In this document: positions 36,701-50,689 of the stretch, piece after piece | How the letters are laid out: the number at the start of each line of letters is the position of its first letter | How positions within the stretch are numbered: the stretch's first letter is position 1 | Source of the DNA: Gnetum montanum | Taxonomy: Eukaryota > Plantae > Gnetophyta | DNA length: 64,000 nt | Direction: 5' to 3' | NCBI GenBank assembly: GCA_015680685.1 | Contig: MNCI01000838.1 | Span: forward strand, 74,855-138,854 | Position numbers and translations under genes: made by a program | The notes under the pieces: model-generated | Told to the model about the DNA's origin: nothing | What the model saw: only the letters and a program-made list of their open reading frames with translations | Databases searched by the model: none

Positions 36701-37566
36701 AGACATCTGTGATGGTTGTGGGGTAGGTAAAGAAGCAAATGGGGCCCACCATGTGGATGGGCCAAGGCCCGCCACAGTGGGTAGAACAAATGTGAATGTA
36801 GAAATAGAGATAGATGTCACGTATGTTTGTGAAGTAGTTATGGTATGCACATGTGGTAGGGTAGCCATGGTTGGTGTATTACGTGCTATAGGAATAGACT
36901 ACTGAACAGCCTGCAAAGGGATAGTGGCTGCAAAAGGGATAGGCAAAACAGGCAAGAGCAAGCATTGAAATGTTACAGGATTGGCATGGCTACCCATAGC
37001 AGCTATAGTCACGGGTTGCGAAATCGTAGGTGTAATTACAAAGGGAGCGGTAATAGACGACGACTTGGCCCAGAAGGACTGGGTAGGACGGATAGGAGTA
37101 GGGTTGATTAGACCTCCCTCATCCGATTGGGATCGAGTTCCTCTTGTCTATCCTGGAAGGTGTCATCTTGGTTGGACGTTGTGTCCTATTGCTTTCTAAG
37201 CCTAGCCAACTAGATTATTTGGTCTAGAAGCCTTTGGTACACTTGTGCTAAAGGTAAAGAAATGTCAGGAGTAGGAACAAATTCCTTCCCATTGCAGTAA
37301 ACGAACTCGAAGCTATGTTTATCCTTGAGTTTGTGTACGTCCAAGGGTAGATTGGCCTACACCTTTGCATAGAGAAAACTGTAAGTTGATGTTGCTGGGC
37401 CAATCCCTTAGGTCCCCAATTTTGGATTTTGAGAGATTGGCATGTTTCCAGTGTCAGGTTCAGTGGTTGTTCAGCACCAATTGTGCCTTGAACTATGATG
37501 GGAACTTCAACGTTGAAAGGAACTTCCACATTCAAGGCATTGGTAGCAGGAGTTGAAAACAGCCAT
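33740..37566 (-). pseudogene. gag: gag-protease ORF of B
   Basis: Homologous throughout to 1165-4983; ORF fragments 35468-36046 and 34044-34382. Confidence 0.9.
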
Positions 37567-37679
37567 TGTAAGCTAAGTAGTTTTACAAAAAAGTGTAAAA
37601 AAGTGCAAAAAGAACAAAGAGACTGAAAGGTAATAAAAAGAAGGCTTTACATCTTGCTGGATTTTCAAGGAACTGTTGA

Positions 37680-38130
37680 GGTGACCCATCTGCATCACAC
37701 AAAGCATAAAAAACTGCAAAAGGGTGTCACATTTATGCTAGTGTGTGATGGGGTACAGAGCGCATGCAAGACTACCATAAGATAGGTTTAGCTAACTAGA
37801 AAAGGCTTTGTGTCTTGCAGGGTTCCCAAGGAACTATTGAAGCAATTGATCTGTACCATGCACGATGGGTTACAGAACACATGCAAGACCATGAGGCAGG
37901 GAAGATAAGTAGCGAACAAGCAAGCTTTATGTCTCATGGGGCTCCAGAGGAACGGTTGAGATGATCGACCTATACCATGCACAATGGGGTACAGAACACA
38001 TGCAAGACTACCATAAAATAGGCTAGTTAACTAGAAATCGGAGGCCTTGTGTTCTGTAGGGCTCCCAAGGAATTGTTGAAGTGATCGATATGCACCGCAC
38101 AAAGTGCAAACAACCGCGAAAGGATGTCAT
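37680..38130 (-). repeat. 5' leader repeats of B
   Basis: About four units containing ggttcc..ggaacc and catgcaagactacc. Confidence 0.8.
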
Positions 38131-38203
38131 ATTTACGCTTATGTGTATCAAGGTGCAGAAGCCTCACAGAACTACCGTGACACGTAGAAAAGGCAGCAAA
38201 AGG

Positions 38204-38220
38204 CCCTCCTTCTAGCACTA
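38204..38220 (-). other. PBS (tRNA-Asn, degenerate) of B
   Basis: Minus strand tagtgctagaaggaggg, 6 nt after the LTR end. Confidence 0.8.
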
Positions 38221-38226
38221 GAAAAC

Positions 38227-38635
38227 TGTAGCGACTGAAAACATCGATGGCTGGAAAACACTGAGAGCTCGAAGGGCATGACAGTCTCAACCCCATACCC
38301 ATAGGAGGGTTGTGCTGGGTTTGTGTAGATATTGGGCACCCTGAATGGTCTGGTTGATTAGACAGGGACTTAATTGACATCTATATAGCCTTTTGCAACA
38401 TATAATTTGAAAATAGGGCAAGAATGCGAAGTAATTCTTGAAAGTAAATAAAGTAGAAAATAATGCAACACACAAAAATAAGCAGGAAACAAAGTAAAAA
38501 GAAAAATGCACTACTCCAAAGCTACAAGTTTGCTCTATCAAGGTGGATACAGTTGGTTGCACAGTGTGATAGAGTGCAGAGATCCCGAGAGTAGCCATGA
38601 TGTGTAGAGAAAAGGAGGTTGTGCGGTTAGGCACG
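38227..38635 (-). repeat. 3' part of the 5' LTR of B, interrupted by F
   Basis: Ends ..CTACA next to the PBS; matches the B 3' LTR. Confidence 0.85.
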
Positions 38636-40223
38636 TGTAGTGACTAAAAACAACGACGGCTGGAAGAATGCAGGGGGTCGGTGGATGTGATAGTTCCAAC
38701 CCCGTATCTGTGGGAGGGCCGTACTGGGTGCATGTAGACATGGGGTACCCTGAACGGTTTGGTCGATTAGACAGGGACTTACATCGATGTTGATATAGCC
38801 TTTTGCAACGTAAATAATGCAAAATACGATATAATGCTTAAGGATAAATGAATTAGGGAAGAAAATGTAAAAATGCAACAGTAATATGAAATAATTCTTA
38901 AAGGTAAATAAGAAAGAAAATAATGCAAGAAAATGAGACAGTAAATAAGAGATAAAGTAAAGTATGGTTAGAAACATGCACCGCTCCAAAGCTACAAATT
39001 CATCCGGTCAAGGTGGATACAATCGGTTGCATAGTGTGATGGAGTGCAAAAGTCCTAAGAGTAACCAAGGCATGCTGAAAAAAAAGAGCTATGCGCTTGG
39101 ACACGAACTTCGCATACAAACAATGTGAGGCTCTACCAAGGTGGTAGAACAGAGATGGGGACCTTACGCTAGCTGAGAGAGCCTCGATGTTTACAGTGTT
39201 AGACAGATGACTTTGATATTACAATGCTGGAGAGAGGGGAAATCTTTGTTTCAGTATTTTAAAGTTCCCACAACTTGGAAGCTATTTACTTCAAGAAAGA
39301 TGCGAACTCTTTTGAAATTGCCAATATTTTAAAATTGCAAACTTTTCCAAATTGTAGGTACTTCTTGAAAATTTCTGACCTGTTATATGCTATTTGCCAG
39401 GATATTTATAGGGTAGAAGGTAAGTGAAAAGGGGTGGTTTGAATGCTACATGCCATAGGCTTGTGTTGTCTTACTAATGTCACTCGAGTCCTCTATGACT
39501 ATTGGGCCTACAAGAACATTGTGATGCAAACTTGCCATGCAATAACTGCGATCCTACCACGCGGTAATCACATCGTCAGTGTTTGGAGACATGTGCCAAC
39601 AGTCCAATTAGGTGGAGTGCATTGATGTCGCACAACCACCTGTATGCCTTGTTGTGCTTTGTGATGTAGCCTACTTAGTGTAGTGTAGCACTTTATTGCG
39701 CTTCCTACTATATGTCACATTCTTGCTAAGCTATGCTATGCTACATAGCATAGTGTAGCTTAGCAACTTACCTTAGTCACGAAAGCTTTTCTGATTTGCA
39801 AACCATTCTCCTATGATGCAAGTTTTGTAAACTTTGTTGACTCCACCTTTCAAACTACCTTTTGTCTCTTCCATAGCATTGCCACACCTTGCTGCACCAT
39901 GTAGCTCAGCGTAGCGTAGTAGCAGACATGGTCTGCCGCTTCTTGACGAAAAGGAGCATCACTAGAGAGCTCAAAATTGGGCAAGGGAAGTGGGTAGTGA
40001 AGTTTTTACCATGTTACACTATGTGGCATTGTGTAGCATAGCACTTCGTTCCACCATCGTCTTCTGAAGCTTGCTATGCTACATAGCGTAGCAAGCTTTG
40101 TGACTTAGAAAACTTGCCAAACTGTTTCTTGCACATCGAGGATGCTGCCGTTGATTCTATACACTGTTTCTAAGCAGGTTGCTAGCTATTTAGGCTACTT
40201 TGGTGGGTGGATAGGATGGTACA
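38636..40223 (-). mobile_element. LTR of element F, inserted in the B LTR and itself interrupted by C
   Basis: New LTR terminus tgtagtgact at 38636; homologous to 13783-15366 but stops about 150 nt short of the LTR start. Confidence 0.82.
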
Positions 40224-41866
40224 TGAAACACCATAAAAGAAAATGTGGGGTCATCCTGGCTTCACCAGGCCCTTGCTGTCTGCACAGAACCACCGCAATC
40301 CATCGAGAAAGAACGTTCCGAGTCCAGGATGGCCATTTTGGTAAATTTTCTACTTTAGGCATGGGCGAGTTCTGTACCAACTTGCTTGCTTACCAAAGTA
40401 GTCTAAACAGCTAGCAGCCTACTCAGAAAAGATGTTTAGAATTAGCAACAGTATCCTAGATGCATGGGAAAAGCAGTTCAGCAAGTTTGCTAAGTCACAA
40501 AGCCCCAGAAAACAACGGTGAAACAAGATGTTACGCTATGCGATGACATATAGCGTAGAATAGCAACAACTTCACCTCCCTCACCCAATCTCGAGCTTTG
40601 TAGTGATGTCTCTTTTCGCTAGAAAATGGTAGACATGTCTGCTATTACGCTATGCTAAGCTACATGGTGTAGCAAGGCGTAGTAATCCTACGGAAAGGGA
40701 TGGAAGGTAGTTCTGAAGGAAAAATCAGCAAAGTCTACAAAATTTATGGCAGAATAGGTTAAAAATCAGCAAAACTGTCGCAGTCGCTATGCTACCCTAT
40801 GCTACGTAGCATAGCATCATGTAGCAAGTATGTGACATATGGCAAGACACACGGCAAGGTGCCACGCCACGATGAGCAAGCCACGTCGCAAAACATAGTG
40901 TGATAGGTAGGTGGCCACGCGACATCAATGCACTCCACCTCAATTGAGTCATTAGCACATGCCTCTAGGAGCTGGCAACATTGTAGGATCACAGTTATTA
41001 CTTGCATCGCAACAATCTGGCAAGCCCAATGGTTACAAATGGCTCAGCTAGCGCCAGTGAGGAGGCAGAGGTTTACAACATGTAATATTCAAATGATCAC
41101 CTTTGCCTACCTTCTGTCCTATAAATAGCCCATCAAATAGCACATAAAGAATCTGGTCTACAAAAAAAAAAAGGAAAAAAAGAAGGGGAGTCTCCTAGAC
41201 TGAAACAAAAGAAGAGAAAAATACCTGCAACCTTACATTAAGAAAAAGAAAAAGGGAGGCTAGCAATCTGTAAAAGAAATCTCTCTCAGTTGATGAAAAG
41301 CCCAGGGTCTTGTCCTACCACCTTGGTAGGATCTCATCCACATTGTATATATGCAAAGTCTATGCCCAAGTGCATAACTATTTTTTTCTATTTCCTAGCA
41401 TGCTTTGGTCACTCTAGGGACTTTCTGCACTCTGTCACGTCATGCAACCGACTGTGCCACTCCCTAACCGAATAGATTTATAGCTCTAAAGCAGTGCATG
41501 TTCCTAACTATATCTTATATTACTTCTTATTTACTTTTTGGCTTCTTTTTATTATTTTCTATTTTGTTTACCTTTAAGCATTGTCTCATATAATTGTTGC
41601 ACTTATGTTTATTTACTATTTCGCATTGTCGTTGCATTTTTAGTTCCTTTCTTTTCCCGCTGCAAGCACCATCCCACAACTCGTACAATTTATAGTGAAA
41701 AAGGCTATATTGATGCCAACGTAAGTCCCTTTCTACTTGACCAGACTATTCAGGGAACCTTGTGTTCACATACATCTAGCACCGCCCTCCTGCGGGCACG
41801 GGGTTGGAACTGTTGTGTTCGCCGACCTTGGCGTTATTCCAGCCGTCGATGTTTTCGGTCACTACA
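40224..41866 (+). repeat. 5' LTR of C
   Basis: TGAAACACC...CTACA; TATAAATA near 41120; followed by a PBS. Confidence 0.9.
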
Positions 41867-41872
41867 GTTTTC

Positions 41873-41889
41873 TGGTGCTAGAAGGAGGG
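41873..41889 (+). other. PBS (tRNA-Asn) of C
   Basis: TGGTGCTAGAAGGAGGG. Confidence 0.88.
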
Positions 41890-41959
41890 CCTTTTGGTGC
41901 CTTTTCCATGTGTCACAATAGTTCTATGAGCCTTCTACACCCTAATACATACAAGCATA

Positions 41960-42620
41960 GATGCAACACCCTCCTGTGGTTGTTTGCACTTTGTGCAGCA
42001 CAGATCAGTCACCCTGACGGTTCCTTTGGAGCCCCGTAGAACACAAGGCCTCCAATTGCAGGTCAACTAGCTCACTCTATGATCGTCTTGCACGTGTGCT
42101 ACACCCTGTCTTGTGTGGTGTAGATTAGTCACCTGGACAGTCCCTCTAGAACCCTACAAGACATAAAACCTGCCTGATTGCTAGTTAACTTGCCCATCCT
42201 ACAATTGTCTCACTTGCGTTTTGTACCTCCTCCCATGTAGCACAAATCGGTTGCCTTGACAGTCCCTCTGGGATCCCATGAGACACAAAATTTACTTGGT
42301 TGCTAGTTAATTTTCTCATCTTATGGTAGTCTCATATGCCTTCGACATCCCGACTTGCATTAGCGTAGACTGCACACCCTTTGTGGTTGTTTGCGCATCA
42401 TGTGGTGTAGATCGATCGCCTCAATGGTTCCTCCAGAACCTTATGAGCCAATAGGCCCTTGGATGATGATTTAACTTGCTCCTTCTATAGTAGTCCCACA
42501 TGCATCTTATGCCCTAGCTAGCATAGTTAAAAGTGTGACACCCTTTGAGGTTGTTTCCATCTAGTGTTGCACAGATCGGTCTCCTCAACGGTCCCTTCGG
42601 GATCTTGCAAGAAGAAAAGC
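41960..42620 (+). repeat. ~120-nt 5' leader repeats of C
   Basis: Five units with agatc.gtc.cc..gac.gt.cc...gga.cc. Confidence 0.8.
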
Positions 42621-42717
42621 TACCCGTTTTCGTTTTATATAATCCTTCTATTCTTCTACATTTTCTAGCATTTTTTCATAATCTTTCTAGCATTTTTGCA
42701 TAATCACTTGCTTAACG

Positions 42718-44552
42718 ATGACTTCTACCACCACCGCTGTCGATATCTCAAACATGGAGGTGCCCTTCACAGCCCGAGGCACTACTGGTGTCGAACAACA
42801 GTTGAATCCAATACCAGAAGCACACCGGTCTCTCAAGATTCAAAATAGAGGACCTGAGGGGTTGGCCTAGCAACACGAGCATTAAAAATTCCTTTGCACA
42901 AAGGTGTAGGCTAACCTTCCCTTAGATTTGCACGAACTTGAAGAAAAACGTAGCTTCGAATTCACTTACTGCAATGGGGAGGAATTCGTTCCTAACCAGG
43001 GCATTTCCCCACCTCTGACACAAGCGAGCCAAAGGTTGCTAGATCAACTAATTCAGTTGACAAAACTTAGGAAGCAACAAGACATGGTGTCCAACCAGGA
43101 TGATGCCTTTCAAGATGGGTAGGAGGAACTCGATTCCCAATTTGACGAGGGAGGCTCGGCCAACCCCATTCCTATCCCGCCTACCCAGTCCTTTTGGGCC
43201 AACCCACTGCCTACTGCTACCCCCTTTGCCATCGCACCTACACTTCAGCAATCTACAACTACAACTATAGTGGGTAGCCATGCTGCGTTCCCAGCACCTC
43301 ATCACCCCTATCGCTCGGTTGCACCTGCAGCAACTGTGCCACCGCAAGCTGTTTATCAGCATGTTACCGCAACATGCAACATACCTATCACAGCTACTCT
43401 ACCGCATGTCCACACTATACCTACTCTACAATCGTACCTAACTCCCATACCAATTCCTACATATGTGATCGTCCAATCCACTATGGTGGGCCTAGGCCCA
43501 TCCACGTGGTGGCCTCCGTTCGCTTCTTCGTCCATTCTGCAATCATCGCAGATGTCTCATTACACTCTCCCTCAGGTCTACTCGATCCTCCAAACAGCAA
43601 AACTTAGCACGGGCCCATGGGGGATCCCACTAGTGACTCAAACAGCCTACTCGATAGCTTATCCTGCTATCACTGCTCCAATGATACCATCCACCAAATG
43701 GTGGACAATGCAAACAACACCTTTGGTAGGGGCATCCTCAATGGCATAGCTGATGGGTCAAATTGCCACCGTTACCATGCCACCTGTGGGGGTTGCTTCT
43801 GTAGTCCCTTAGCCATCTACAGCATCCCTAGGTCTAGACCAAGTGTTTCAGCTTATTCAGACCCTAACTGAGGAAGTAAAATGCCTCAAAGCTATTGGGT
43901 TTGATATGATACGAGTTATGGAATTTTACCAAGATGACCCCGTTAACCCAGAAATCCCTACCTTGATACTACCACCTAGAATGTACCTCCCACAGTTCAT
44001 AAAGTACGATGGAGAAGGAGATCCCAATACACATCTCATCACTTTCTAGTCAGAGTCTTTGTTTCTGCAACAATGGCTGCATACGATCATTCACATTTTT
44101 GCCATGTCCCTAGCTAGGAAAGCCCTAGATTGGTATTGCGCATTGCCACTTTCATCCATTTCGACTTTGGAAGAACTCTTGACCCAGTTTGTGACACGCT
44201 TCAAGTATAACTTGAAGCCAAAAATCACACTAGATCAGCTGATGAGTGTGAAGCAAGACCAGCTAGAACCAGTTCAAAAATTCATTCAACGATGGAACGC
44301 AACCCTTAAAAAAATTTGTGAACCTATCATGGAGGCTCATTTGTTAGCCATCTTTAAGGATGCAGTGAATGACTTCATCAAGTCAAAACTAAATTACCTT
44401 GCTCCATGATCACTTAGTTAAGCTTTTTCTCAAACGAAAAGCATACAAGACATAGCCGAGGCAAGTAAAGACCCAGCTTACGTCACTTATAGGAACATTT
44501 TTGCAAAGAAAGATAAAGGTAAGGCCCCAACGACCATGGTGGCTGCTATGGC
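42718..44552 (+). pseudogene. gag: gag of C, 5' part
   Basis: KYDGEGDPNTHL, MSLARKALDWY; interrupted by the D LTR. Confidence 0.9.
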
Positions 44553-46245
44553 TGTAACGACGGAAAACGTCGATTGCTGGAAATACCGACTAAAATCTGT
44601 GGTACACAGTTCTAACCTCGGATCTGTGTGAGGACCGTGCTAGAGAAAAAAATGAATCTAAGGTGCCCTGAATGGTCTTGTTGATCAGATAGGGACTTAT
44701 TTAATCAGTAAAAGGTTTTGTAGTATTTTGATGGTGAAATGAAGATTCTTTATAAAGTGATGCAATAATTTTAATCCTAGAAGCAATTGAAGATAATGAA
44801 AATGATCGAGATAAGATTGCCAAATTTGTCTAACTAGGATGCAGAGGATCAAATTTGGTAGATGATACGATCACAATATTTGGGATTTAATTTATGAAGA
44901 AAAAAATGTGTTTAATACAATGACCTCAGGCGAGCTTCGGTTTGGACAAAGCATATGCTAGTAACAAGAAAGTGATGCAAAGATGAAACAAGTGAGGATC
45001 AATCTACCTTGATCTAGCCAATCTGGACACAAGGAAGTCAGACCTATGGAAGAATATTCGGCAGCTGGTTGTTTCTAATCAAGAATTCTTGTCAATCACC
45101 TCCAACATTCTCATGATCATTGATTCTCTTTTGCTCGCCTGCCAACCTTGAAGGAAAATTTTTGCCAACCTCTTGATCTTCATCAACTGGGACATTTATA
45201 AGTTTAGGATCAGGAGAAAAATGCGGTTTAAGTGACACGTGCCCCGCACCCATAAAATGTCATTGACTCAATGTGTTGTTGTTGAAGCTCGCGACGCCAT
45301 GCTATGTAACGCATGGTAAACTATCCTCATGTGAGCTTTGACAATAGACTATCCTTTGAATACGCTAGAGAGCATATTGTAGTGTATGAACTGCTGATGT
45401 GCTCTTCTTTACTTAATTACGCTGCATTACACTAAATTACGCACCATAGTGTAATTCAGCATAAAATGACAAAACTACAAAAGTTAAAGTGTTTTTGCCG
45501 TGCTTCCTCTGTTTCTATCCTTTTCAAAGTTTTTATTATGCTATGCTACGTAAAGCAGTGTAATGGGCCCCTTAACTAGGAAAGAAAAACTTGTTGAGAT
45601 GCATGTTATACTGCAAACTGTTGCTTAGTACTTGAGATTTTTTTGGGCTGTCGNGCTGGTGACTCAGACAAATGGTTGCAACCAAGTGTGGTGCAGCAAG
45701 TTCCTTTTTAGCTGAAGGTCTATCCTACCATGCTGCATAGCACAGCACAAGTGAATTCCAGAGGAAGGAGCAAAGCGACGGATGCATGATGGCCAAGCTT
45801 CCAACTTTGCAAGTTATCTATTTCAAACATTTTAACTTTTGGTAAATTATGTTGTATTACACTACATAGCGTAACATCACATTGTGCACCGTAATATCAA
45901 AGACAGCCCACCACAGCACCAAGGATGACAAGCATACAAGACTTCGACAGCCCAAAAAAATCTCAAGTACTAAGCAACAGTTTGCAGTATAACATGCATC
46001 TCAACAAGTTTTTCTTTCCTAGTTAAGGGGCCCATTACACTGCTTTACGCAGCATAGCATAATAAAAACTTTGAAAAGGATAGAAACAGAGGAAGCACGG
46101 AAAAAACACTTTAACTTTTGTAGTTTTGTCATTTTATGCTGAATTACACTACGGTGCGTAATTTAGTGTAATGCAGCGTAATTAAGTAAAGAAGAGCACA
46201 TCAGTAGTTCATACACTACAATATGCTCTCTAGCGTATTCAAAGG
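44553..46245 (-). repeat. 3' LTR of D (45655-46245 probably a flipped assembly piece)
   Basis: 44553-45653 is a direct repeat of 55505-~56605. Confidence 0.85.
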
Positions 46246-47084
46246 NCAAGGCGAGTTGCGTTATGCTAGTTTATAGGCATGACAATGAAAAATGGACTTA
46301 ATGATCACTTTCTGTACAAGCAGAGGAGAAGGCGGGACAATTGTAAGGATAAGGAAGGGATAAGGAAAGAGGAAAAAAATAAGGTAAGGCATCCGATGGA
46401 GGGAGAGGTAGGGTTTGCACTTCCAAGTGACCAGACTAGTCTGAGTAGCCACCTCAGAACACCATAACACCTCACCTTCCAGTGACATTATTCTCAAGCA
46501 ACGCCATCGTAACAAGTAACTTGCAAAACACAACATAGAACAGGAAGCCAGAAACAAACATCCTGATCACAAAGGAGGGAGGTTGTTGAGATAAGCGTCG
46601 TCCAAAGCGAATAGGAGAGGGACCTCAGCAAGCGGCAAGGGTGCCAATGTTGATGCCGTGGTTCCTGAAGTTGTCGTTGATAGCCAAATTCATATCGCTC
46701 GAAGGATAGTGCAAAGAACACATCAAATGAATCTACTAAGCTAGAGTCTGATGACGGCGATGGATGGAGGTCACTGAGTCAGTGGGTGGCCATGGTTTTT
46801 TTGGGACACTAAGTGATGAAACTGATCCCAGGAGCTGCAGCTACAAAGTGGCTATTGTAGCGACATCTCTAAGGGGTCAGTAGTATGCCTTTTAGCATAT
46901 CCGAGGAATCAGCAAAATGCTGGTGGGGTAACAACGTCGTATCTGTCCCAACTCCTTACTCACTCCATCTAGTAGGGATGCAGTGCAAGAATGATCATGC
47001 TCGCTTACTTCATGGATGGCTAGTTGATAGATTCCAGTTTTAGGTCCTGGTTGATCATTGTTGCTGGTTTTAAGTCTCAATAGA

Positions 47085-47365
47085 CCGTGGTCCTAGTTTA
47101 ATATCTGGAAAAACTGGAATCTGCTAGTTTTACATCATAGTGGATGGTGGAAGGTCTAGTTTATGGTCCTAGAAGACTATGCTGTGGGTGTAAGTTTTAT
47201 GTCATGACCCAGGGACAAGTCTGTGCTAGTTTAGCATCTCAACAGACGTGTGCTTACCTTTGCTAGTTTAGCGTCTTGGCAAACACGTGTAAGAGCTGCT
47301 AATGTTATGTCATAGTGGACGTGTACAACTTTGCTAGTTTTATGTCGTAGTGGACTTTTGTTACC
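47085..47365 (-). repeat. gtc-N6-gac-..aaactag array downstream of INT in D
   Basis: gctagttt...gtc...gac units. Confidence 0.8.
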
Positions 47366-47387
47366 TGATTTGGAGTTAAGTTAATGT

Positions 47388-50300
47388 TCATATGTAATAC
47401 CGCTTTAGGTACAGATGATTCACCAAATTTCGTAGTTTTTTGCCGTTTGTGTCAGCTAACTTGAATGCTCCGTTGCTGTATGCGCTGATGACCAGGAAAG
47501 GGCCTTCCCAGTTTATAGAGAACTTGCCTACTGGTTCATGAATGGCCTTGAGAACTAAATCCCCTTTCTCGATTGGTCACTGATGTAGGTTGTGTTGATG
47601 CTTCTATCTCTGTTTGCCCTGATATCTCTTGATGGTGTCGAGCATCTGGATGCATTTCTCCTCCACTAAGTCTGAATCCAGGATTCTAGACTCATTGTGT
47701 TGAGTCTCATTTATAACCATGGATAGGACCATCCGCAATGAGGGAACCTGTAATTCCAAAGGCAACATTACTTTTGATCCATAGACCAGGCTATAGGGTG
47801 TCTTGTCTGTAACTATTTTGCACATCGTACGATATGCCGATAACACATAGAGGATTTTTTCATGCCACCACTTCTTGTTACTATCGAATGTTTTCTTGAG
47901 TAGATTGATGATCACTTTGTTTGTTTCCTCTCCTTGACCATTTGCTTATGGGTAATAGGGTGAAGAAAAAGATTGTCTAATACCAAGGTTATCGCAGAAA
48001 GATTTGGTTTCTGAGCTGCTAAATTGTGGTCCATTGTCAGTCACAATAGTCGTAGGGAGTCCAAATCTGGTTACAATATTATCTAAGATGAAGTGGCAAA
48101 CCTATTGAGATGTGATATTTCATAGGGGAATAGCCTCAACCCACTTTGTAAAATACTCAGTGGCGGTGATAATGAAGCTATGACCTACGGAAGATTTAGG
48201 CAAGACGGGGTCTATGATGTCCAATCCCCATCATTGGAATGGCCAAGTGATTTGAGTAGTGTGTAACTCAGTTGGTGACACGTGTATTAGATTTGTGTAA
48301 CGTTGGCACATGTCACACATCTTAACCTTCGCAAGGAAATCTTTTTCCATGTACGGCCAATAATACCCTAAGTGTCTAATCTTAGCAGTCATTGCTCGTA
48401 GGGCTATGTGTCCTCTGCACAGCCCTTCATGAACTTCGTTAACTATTCACTGTGCTTGGACACTGTTAACATAGGTAAGCAATATCCCATCAAAGGAGCA
48501 TCTACAGAGAGTACTGTCTCCAAGGATGATGTATTGCCTAGCACGTTTACGCACAACATCTTTTTGCACATGTGTTAGCTCGTGCGGTGGTTCGCCATGC
48601 AGAAGGTAAGTTTTAATGCTATCATAACATTTTGATGTTCCTTCTGCATTTAATGAGGAAATTTGCACCGCTTGAATGACAAGCTCTGTACATTCTATCA
48701 TTAAAGCAGGCCAAGTGGCAAACATACATGGTGGCACATTTAGTGCCAGTGCTCCCTGTGCATTGGTGATGACACTTTCGTTNGTAATAGCAACGGCAGC
48801 ACTACCGCCTCTAGAGGTTGAAGCTCTATGAAAATATAACATTGCTTCAAGGCTAGTTGATATAGGGTTTAAACTATGTACATGTTCATCTAGGAATTCT
48901 GGTTCTATTGTAGATTGATCATTAACTGGTGACGTTGCTAACTGGTTAGCTATGGCTTGGCCTTTGTTTTATGACTGGCCAACATAATGTAAATCGAACT
49001 TAGCTGTGATAGCCTTCCAATGAGCTATTCTGCTACTTTCATACAAATTGTTGGAGATAGCCCCCATAACGTTACTTTTACAAATTATGTTGACCTGACT
49101 GCGAAAAATATAATTCCTACATTTTTTATGTGAAAAAAATAATGCCAACTAGTTACACTCCACTTCATTGTACCTTGTTTCATATGCAAATAGAGCATGA
49201 CTGAGGTAATAGGTAGGTGCTTCTGACCCATCATTCCTTTTCTGGCAAAGTAACGCAACTATAGACATGTCTAAGTTAGCTAGATAAATGTAGAAAATTT
49301 GATCCCTTTGTGGTGGGAAAACCATTGGTAAATGTTGTAGCTCTTCTTTTAAGTTGTCAAATGCACGCTGGAAGTCTTCGGTCCATTCAAAGTTGACACC
49401 CTTCTTCAAAAGATGTTGCATGGGGTGCAATTTATCTGTTAACTTTGAAATGAACCGCCTGATGAACTAAAGCCTACCCTATAACCCACGTAGTTCCTTT
49501 AGATTTGTTTATGGCATTAAATCAACGATGGCCTTAACCTTGTCGGGGTCAACTCGGATGCCAGTTTTTGATACCAAAAACCCCAACATGCATCCGGATT
49601 TGACTCCAAATATGTATTTCTTTGAATTAAGCCATAAGTCATGTCGGAGACATCATTTAAGGACTAACTCCAGGTCTCGTGAATGATCTCCTGACTTTAT
49701 AGATCTGATAGCTATGTCATCTACATAGTCGTTCAATCTCCCTAAGAGGTAATCGCTAAAGTTGTATGTCATGGCTCGTTGATATGTTGCTCCGGCGTTC
49801 TTTAACCTGAAAGACATCATGGTGTAACAGAAGGTCCCCCAGGGCATCATGAATGTTGTGGTTAATTGGTGCTCTGGGTTAATACAAATTTGATTATAGC
49901 CTGAGAAACCATCCACAAAGGACAAAAGAGCATGGCCAGCTGTTGCGTCAATTAGTTGGTCGATACTCAGCAATCGGAAGTTGTCCTTAATTGTAGCTTT
50001 GTTCAGATCCCGGAAGTCTATGCAGATGCGTATGCCTCCCATTTTCTTAGAGACAACTACAATGTTGGACACCCAATTGGAGTAATCAACCACACGGATG
50101 AAACTGGCCTGATATAACTTGGTGATTTTATCACACACTGCTAGCATGATTTCCGGATTAATCTTTCATGCCTTATGTATAATTGGTTTAATGCGTGGGT
50201 CTAAGATGATGTTATGCTATATTAATCTTGGGTTTAAACTTGGCATGTCTTCATATGACCACACGAATACAGCAACATTGTTTTGGAGCACTTGGGTCAT

Positions 50301-50576
50301 GCCATTCTACATCTGTTGGTCTAGGAGAGAACTAACCCTAAGAGTTTTATTTTCACCCTTATGTGTAACCACAAGGACCTTGCTGAGAGGATCCTCGGTT
50401 ACATCACCAACCTCCAGGTCGAGTGTTCGGGCTAGATGTTTTGGCCAGTCTGGGGATGTAGCTATGGTTACGTCATAAAGGGACGGGTTTGTTCCTACTA
50501 GCGTGTGATCATACTATCTAATGATCTTCCCATACAGCCCTGTTAAGTCTAAGGGTGTGGATAGAGCTACGTCCAT
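47388..50576 (-). pseudogene. pol: pol of D (RT-RH-aRH-INT with GPF C-terminus, no chromodomain)
   Basis: RICIDFRDLNKA, YVDD, INWEGPF...LKRYYI*; aRH broken at the n at 48783. Confidence 0.95.
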
Positions 50577-50689
50577 TTGCGAGTGATGCTACAAAATTGC
50601 CAAAAATGGAAGTTGTTACATCATTTTTTTTTTGCAAATCTGTTAAATGATAAAATTTTGTTTGTCTTTTGTGTCAGAATTGCATGTTA

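Larger units (their letters stand above)
15552..38635 (-). mobile_element. Element B: Tat-clade element with antisense cassette; 3' LTR split by G, 5' LTR interrupted by F, INT C-terminus and 3' region deleted
   Basis: Minus-strand order: LTR, PBS, leader, gag-PR, cassette, pol, LTR; LTR terminus tgtagtgat at 15552 continues at 23577. Confidence 0.85.

Noticed and set aside
38636-41866. Apparent large inverted repeat around 40224
   Set aside because: Two diverged LTRs of related elements (F and C) placed head to head by nested insertion
45354-46245. Near-perfect ~300 bp inverted repeat (45354-45653 vs ~45945-46245)
   Set aside because: 45655-46245 is bounded by single n characters and is the missing end of the D LTR in reverse orientation; most likely a mis-oriented overlapping contig, not a MITE or hairpin
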